A DNA stretch of 64,000 nucleotides, from the NCBI GenBank assembly GCA_964187785.1, contig OZ076409.1, forward strand, positions 49,230,001 to 49,294,000, written 5' to 3'. Shown here piece by piece: positions 58,614-64,000 of the stretch (positions are counted from its first letter, which is position 1; each line of letters starts with the position of its first letter). The DNA is from Amphiscolops sp. MND2022 (taxonomy: Eukaryota). A model generated the notes under the pieces. The model did not search any database, was not told the DNA's origin, and saw only the letters and a program-made list of their open reading frames with translations. Both the position numbers and the translations under genes were made by a program.

Positions 58614-60881
58614 TCATTTTGGATGAGGCTTTGGCTTCTTCGTCTCCGTTGGGACAGAGTCACCGGTCCCTGTTTTCACTTCCTCCCGTGCGGATGTTGT
58701 GGGAAGATTCTGGAGTTGCTCTGCTATGCGAGCCAGCCGGTCTGCATCGGTTTCGTCTCCTCCTCTTCGTCTCCAACCCAGTACTCGCTGAATGCACCGC
58801 TGCATGAGGAATAGTTGTCCCTTCTTGATCGCCCAGCACAACAGTGCAAATAAAATTAAAACAATTAATGTAACAACACAAGGTAACACAATATCTTTCC
58901 ACACCTTTTTGATGACGGTTGAATGAACCTTTTCGACCTCAGTTAAAAATGGCTTAGCAATTGCGTCTAGCATTTCTTCCGTAATTGCTCGGTCTGGCAA
59001 TCCTGCTAAGTTTAATTTTAAATGAGATAACAATTCTTGATGGACATCTCCCATTAAAGAGGGAGGAATTACCTCTTCTAGGTCTTTCAGATTTTCGAAT
59101 AAAGGACGTAGTAGAGGGGTAGGCGTAATTCGGACGATTTCGCTGGCTTTACCTGTTGCACAGGATACCGGGTCAGGAGTCAAGAACAAGCCAGCGTTCG
59201 GGAGCTGCAGTCTTCCTTCACACGTAGGCCGAACTAGACAACTTTGGCATGCGGGGACTCGGTAGTCAATTGTGCCGGTCATATTTTGCATGGTAAAGTC
59301 GCCTTTGGCCGAGGTTAACAAATAAGTTGAATCGTATAAGTATATGGCTTGGGGATGCTGCGGAAGGGCTACAACTTCTTGTGCACACAACTTCAGTACG
59401 GTGGCAGGGAGATTAAAGAACAAACCGGTGAGACACGTCGTTTTCTGCGATTTAGTAGTCGAGAAAGGTTGTTTACATAGCCTAAGCCGGTGGGAGCCCC
59501 AACAATGCGTTGACAATTCTTGTTCGGTTACTTCCGCAAAATTTGTTTTATCCCAAGACATTAACAAATGTGTTTTTGTAAGTTGATATTGCGTTGCGCG
59601 TTCGGAATTGGGAATCGGTTGCGGGATTGGAGTCGCTCGATATACTTCATGAATTCCGTGTCCCGCGTACATTGGAATTTCGAGCAACATGTGTAAACCT
59701 TCATCCGTCACATACGCATCTCTTACAATTTCAAACGAATAGTAGGCGGCGATTAATTTCCTGGGGATAGCCTCATTAAGACCGGTAACATGATAAGAGT
59801 CTAAAATTTTCTTTAACGTCGACGGCGGAATTAAGGAAATTGGCAAGTAGCCATGGACTAGCGATGACATAGCTTCTTGTAGCATAGACGCCATATTAGA
59901 CAACGAAATGCGTCTCTGGTTGATATCATTAACAATTCTTTTATACTGAGTAGTTAGATTTTGGAAGGCGGCGGCTATAATTAGAGTGTTACGGTGTCGG
60001 TCTTGAGTTAGCCTAACAACACACTCTGCTTTCTCTACATAATCCGTTATTTCGTCTATCACTCCATTAACGGTGCTATTTAACATCTTGATGTTATCGT
60101 CTAAGGACTGTTTTAGCGTCAATAACTTTCGGCCTTCTACATCAGCAGGCAAGCGTACGGTTATCGCTTCTAACAGCTCCGTTCTCAAATAAACTACCTC
60201 ATCTTGTAACACTTTAATTTCTCTGGCCAGTTCTTCAATAATTTCCCGTTCTTTACTTCGGCACACGGATCCAAAGGGGATCAGGTCATCAACGAAGCAG
60301 GAGATTTTATCTGTCACGGAGCCAAATATCGGGCGCAGAAAGACATGAGCTAGCTCACTTCCGATCATCGATCCCGCTACGGTTCCAACAATAGATCGAG
60401 AGTAGCGATTAGGTTTTTCTAACGGAATGTCGTCTACCGTATGGTTAAGAAATACGGTTAGCGCTCTCCGCATTGCTAGCCAATCTTGTTGAAACATTTT
60501 ATGGCTTTGAAAAATTTCTGCAAGGTTGTCGCGCAAAAATCTTTTCCAATATTCGAATAAATGAGGATCAACACATTCATGATGGAACATACGGATATCA
60601 AGGGATACTAGTCGAGCTAATGCATTGTCCAAAATTTCGTTCAGTGGTTCCGGGTCCAATTGGGGTATTTGGGGAAACGGAATAAAAGTCCAAATGGTCT
60701 TGATAGACTTAACGAGTACAACTGGCGGTTCCGGAGTGAATGCCGCGCCGGAAATAGAATGAGTACCATTTACGAACCCGGGTTGGTTGAATCTCCGCTG
60801 GAAGTCGAAGGGGTCGAAGGTGTCTTCGTCTCCTCGAATATCACCCGTGAAAATAATGATAACAAGTACCAAAAGTTTCAT
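58614..60881 (-). CDS. env: Env-like glycoprotein, baculovirus-F/errantivirus-type class I fusion protein (755 aa)
   Basis: Signal peptide MKLLVLVIIIFTG; furin-like RYSR followed by hydrophobic SIVGTVAGSMIG; heptad repeats; GYLPISLIPPSTL and LEIPM...VYRATPIP motifs; Cys-rich region; several N-x-S/T sequons; TM IVLPCVVTLIVLILFALLCWAI. Confidence 0.85.
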   Translation of the reverse strand: MKLLVLVIIIFTGDIRGDEDTFDPFDFQRRFNQPGFVNGTHSISGAAFTPEPPVVLVKSIKTIWTFIPFPQIPQLDPEPLNEILDNALARLVSLDIRMFHHECVDPHLFEYWKRFLRDNLAEIFQSHKMFQQDWLAMRRALTVFLNHTVDDIPLEKPNRYSRSIVGTVAGSMIGSELAHVFLRPIFGSVTDKISCFVDDLIPFGSVCRSKEREIIEELAREIKVLQDEVVYLRTELLEAITVRLPADVEGRKLLTLKQSLDDNIKMLNSTVNGVIDEITDYVEKAECVVRLTQDRHRNTLIIAAAFQNLTTQYKRIVNDINQRRISLSNMASMLQEAMSSLVHGYLPISLIPPSTLKKILDSYHVTGLNEAIPRKLIAAYYSFEIVRDAYVTDEGLHMLLEIPMYAGHGIHEVYRATPIPQPIPNSERATQYQLTKTHLLMSWDKTNFAEVTEQELSTHCWGSHRLRLCKQPFSTTKSQKTTCLTGLFFNLPATVLKLCAQEVVALPQHPQAIYLYDSTYLLTSAKGDFTMQNMTGTIDYRVPACQSCLVRPTCEGRLQLPNAGLFLTPDPVSCATGKASEIVRITPTPLLRPLFENLKDLEEVIPPSLMGDVHQELLSHLKLNLAGLPDRAITEEMLDAIAKPFLTEVEKVHSTVIKKVWKDIVLPCVVTLIVLILFALLCWAIKKGQLFLMQRCIQRVLGWRRRGGDETDADRLARIAEQLQNLPTTSAREEVKTGTGDSVPTETKKPKPHPK

Positions 60882-61341
60882 CCTGCGACTATACTAGCGA
60901 GTCGGAAGAGGACGAAAGTTGATAATAGGGTATAATAAGATAGCACAAGACGATAATAGGTTTTTTTTAAAGGTTTCTAAAGCGTAATACGGGAGGCAAA
61001 AGTCGATCGAATTGATTGTAGAGTTGATAACTACAATTTTTCTATTCTAGCGACTGGCTAAGTTGAGGTTAAATTACGGAATGAAGCAGAGTCGATAGCG
61101 ACACGGATGACGCTCTTTTTCTGACTCAGCACCTCGTGACGGACTGTTCGAGCTTACGTTAATTCGATTAGTCATGCTCGCGAACGGCTAAACGAATGAT
61201 GAGCTTCATTACTTCGGATGACTCAACTCACCTGACCATCACCCGAAGACATCATTGTTATTTTGGCTTTACCACGTGTTCGTCTATGCCGAAGCGTACT
61301 GGCGGTCGACGATTCCGTGTCGTTTCGATTATCAGCGAATC

Positions 61342-63003
61342 TTAACGTTCGCTTTCGTTGTCCTCCTCGTCTGAAGGAGGCGAAGTATTTCTATTGTCGT
61401 TTATTTCTTCATAAACAGGAAATGAAGACTCCTCTGACGGTGCGGGGACGTCTATATACAACGGGCAATTAGTCCGAGTAGTCTCTTCGTCGTTTTCGGC
61501 GCTTATCACGCGGGGAACGTCATGAAATGACACGTGCGGCCGGTTTTTATTGGCTTGGATTTCCGCCGAAGTAGGGCGGAACACATGATACGGTCTATTT
61601 TCGGTCTCTTGGTCGGATGAATCGGATTCATCTGCGACTTCTTCATAACTCGGAAGCGTTTTTGTTGCCACTCGTTCGGATCGTTTCGGGAGGGATTCGC
61701 CAAGATACGGTTTAAGACGATTAAAATGGATATTCTGCCACTTTTCCGGGCAACCTGGCTTGCAAATCTGATAGTTCACTTCACTGGTCTGACTCAATAC
61801 TTCGTATGGACCGTGCCAAGGGAGATGGAACTTTCGGGATTTCGCTTTGTGTGGCTCGAATAACCACACTCGGTCTCCTGTTTTAAAACTTTTTCCATGG
61901 ACCTTTTTCTGATAATAATCCTTCTGACGACGTTGTTCTTTCCCCATAGTCAGTTGCGCATGACTATGTACTTCGAATAGTTTATCACTCAACTCGGCTC
62001 CTACCTCGCCTAATTCTAAACGGGGGTCGCCAGGAGGTTTCGGATAGAATAAGTCGATCGGATATTGTGCTTCTCTCCCGTACAACATCGAAAACGGGGT
62101 CGTACCGAGGGTCTTATGTACGGTGGTATTGTACACAAAATTGACGTGGGGCAAGTAGAGATCCCACTCCTGCGGTTTTTCGGCGCAATACTTAGAAATA
62201 GTATCGGCAATAACTCTATTGAACCTTTCTACTTGACCATTTCCTTGGGGATGATACGGAGAAGTCCTAGTTTTATCGATCATGAAAACTTGGCAAATAT
62301 CTTTCATTACTTCACTGTTGAAGTTAGTTCCTTGATCCGTATGTAAAGTATCGGGAGCCCCAAATTTCAAAATCCACTCTTCGACTAAAGTCGTGGCCAC
62401 CGTCTTAGCCGTCATGTCTTTCAAAGGAACGGCAACCGCATACTTTGTATACAAATCGGATATAACTAAAATGTATCGCGCCTGTGACTTTTTCGCTAGC
62501 GTTACGGGTCCCAAGATATCTGCTGCAACAATACGAAACGGCGCCTTTGCTTCGATTGTTTGCAAATGAGCTTTTCGACCTTTTCCCGCCGTTGATCTAG
62601 CCGCGCAACGCGTGCATTTTGCAATATACTTTTCTACACTTGACCTGAGACCAGGCCACCAAAATCTCTGTTTAATCCTTGATAACGTTTTCTCGGCTGC
62701 AAAATGACCTCCGCTAAGAGGGGAGTCATGTAACTGATATAACACTTCGGCTCTCATAGTCGAAGGAACTACTGCCTGCCATATTTCACGTTCACGATTG
62801 CTAGGTTTCCATTTTCGATAAAGGACTCGATTGGCCAGCGCTAGCTGATCCCAATCACTCCAAAGTTCTAACGCTTCTGGACAACTCCATCCTAATGCTA
62901 CTTCTCTGGGGATGGGGTTGGGCCCTAAATCTTCCAATGTACCATCTATCCGAATTCCACGTCTAACCATTTCACGGAATAGTAATCCCGTACTACGATC
63001 CAT
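61342..63003 (-). CDS. Ty3/gypsy integrase (pol C-terminus)
   Basis: HDSPLSGGHF...CTRC; AADILGP, HTDQGTNF, SPYHPQGNGQVERFNR; GPY motif WHGPYEV. Confidence 0.95.
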   Translation of the reverse strand: MDRSTGLLFREMVRRGIRIDGTLEDLGPNPIPREVALGWSCPEALELWSDWDQLALANRVLYRKWKPSNREREIWQAVVPSTMRAEVLYQLHDSPLSGGHFAAEKTLSRIKQRFWWPGLRSSVEKYIAKCTRCAARSTAGKGRKAHLQTIEAKAPFRIVAADILGPVTLAKKSQARYILVISDLYTKYAVAVPLKDMTAKTVATTLVEEWILKFGAPDTLHTDQGTNFNSEVMKDICQVFMIDKTRTSPYHPQGNGQVERFNRVIADTISKYCAEKPQEWDLYLPHVNFVYNTTVHKTLGTTPFSMLYGREAQYPIDLFYPKPPGDPRLELGEVGAELSDKLFEVHSHAQLTMGKEQRRQKDYYQKKVHGKSFKTGDRVWLFEPHKAKSRKFHLPWHGPYEVLSQTSEVNYQICKPGCPEKWQNIHFNRLKPYLGESLPKRSERVATKTLPSYEEVADESDSSDQETENRPYHVFRPTSAEIQANKNRPHVSFHDVPRVISAENDEETTRTNCPLYIDVPAPSEESSFPVYEEINDNRNTSPPSDEEDNESER

Positions 63004-63034
63004 TCTCTGACCATACGCTAGGTCGCTATCTGAT

Positions 63035-63600
63035 CTAGTCCATGAGATATGCCCCCCCCACTTGCTCTGATATTAACATTTCTTCAGGGGTAACGACGGA
63101 ACAGGCGGAATCTGCACTTGATGAACGCGGGGTACCTCGTCTTGCCGAAGTCGAAGGGTACAATTGCTCTTGGTCTCTCGGTGTATACACGGAGATCGTA
63201 AAATACGAATCTTGAAACACAACCTCTAGACAAATAGCTACATTCACCCACTCCAATTCGTCATCGACGCAACCTATTCTAGGCATTGCAAGTTTGGAAA
63301 TTCCATGGGAGCTAGCATGTTCTTTCACTCTCAATAGACTTTCTTTTAATACATCGTATTTGGCAACTTCTCCTTTACAATGCTTGGTGATCAATATGTA
63401 CACATAACGTCCTTTTCAACATCTTGGTACACTAGAAAACCTCCAACACGATTTACCGACTCTGCGAGAGGTGGTAAATGGGAATACTTTTTTACGAACG
63501 ATTTCATGGGAGCAGTGGCTACTCTCATGTCGGCAGATACACACAAAACTAAGGAATCGGGGGATTCGAAAAAATCCCCTTCTCGATAACGGACTACCTC
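63035..63600 (-). CDS. TARG1/OARD1 (Poa1p/DarG-like) macrodomain within pol, split by a frameshift at ~63410
   Basis: VRYREGDFF...SLVLCVSADM...(fs)RYVYILITK...YDVLKESL...GISKLAMPRIGCVDDELEWVNV...LEVVFQD..FTISVY. Confidence 0.8.
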
Positions 63601-64000
63601 TCTAGGTGGGTGAGAAATTTGCATTTTCAAATGCCGAGCTACATCCTCTGAGTTTTCCAATTTCTCACGAGCTTTGGTTCGGGCGGCTCTAAGATCGCGT
63701 TCGGCTTCAAACAAAGCACTATCAAATTCGGTGAATTCGGGGATCGGTCCCCTTAACGCATCTTCTTCGCCGGGGAGCCATTGGGGTACGTCATTCGGTC
63801 GTCGACTAAGACCGTCCGCATTGCAATGTTTATCACCTGGACGATGTACTATTTGATAGTCATATTCCTGAAGTTTCTGAACCATTCGAAAAGTCATTCC
63901 ATCCGCATTTTGTCTAAACAACCATTGAAGACTTGCATGATCTGTGCGAATAATACATTTGGATCCGTAAATGTACGGTCTGAACCACTGGACGGCTTGA
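63601..64000 (-). CDS. Ty3/gypsy RNase H C-terminal part and linker (partial, runs off the window)
   Basis: AVQWFRPYIYGSKCIIRTDHASLQWL...LQEYDYQIVHRPGDKHCNADGLSR. Confidence 0.92.

Larger units (their letters stand above)
57293..64000 (-). mobile_element. Envelope-bearing Ty3/gypsy (errantivirus-like) element, 3' half; continues beyond the window
   Basis: Minus-strand order RNase H - macrodomain - integrase - env - putative 3' LTR. Confidence 0.88.

Noticed and set aside
1..64000. Species identification
   Set aside because: Spliceosomal introns and BEL, gypsy and CR1/L2 content indicate an animal genome, but nothing in the window identifies the taxon.

Overview
AT-rich eukaryotic (animal-like) genomic window, dominated by transposable elements, with one 200-N assembly gap; I see no bacterial features, rRNA or CRISPR. 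From left to right: a tandemly duplicated CR1/L2-type LINE RT remnant (1-4.9 kb); two diverged, inverted copies of a ~3.5 kb composite repeat with ~180 bp internal units (6.6-10.2 kb vs 13.8-25.2 kb), the right copy split by an old degenerate BEL/Pao retrotransposon (15.6-24.2 kb) that carries nested insertions; solo-LTR candidates; a three-layer nest of DNA-transposon MITEs (27.3-29.0 kb); a phase-consistent 5-exon gene of unknown function (29.1-38.1 kb) whose last intron holds a young BEL/Pao element with a tRNA-like A/B-box module in both LTRs; a full-length Ty3/gypsy element (39.5-45.4 kb) whose 5' half lies in a 5.8 kb tandem duplication; an intronless JmjC ORF; and, running off the right edge, the 3' half of an envelope-bearing Ty3/gypsy element. 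That last element is the strongest candidate for an undescribed system: it has a TARG1/DarG-type macrodomain between RNase H and integrase, an intact 755-aa F-type (class I fusion-like) env, and a 279-aa ORF apparently inside its putative 1.3 kb 3' LTR. All family calls come from motif recognition by eye; no database search was run.
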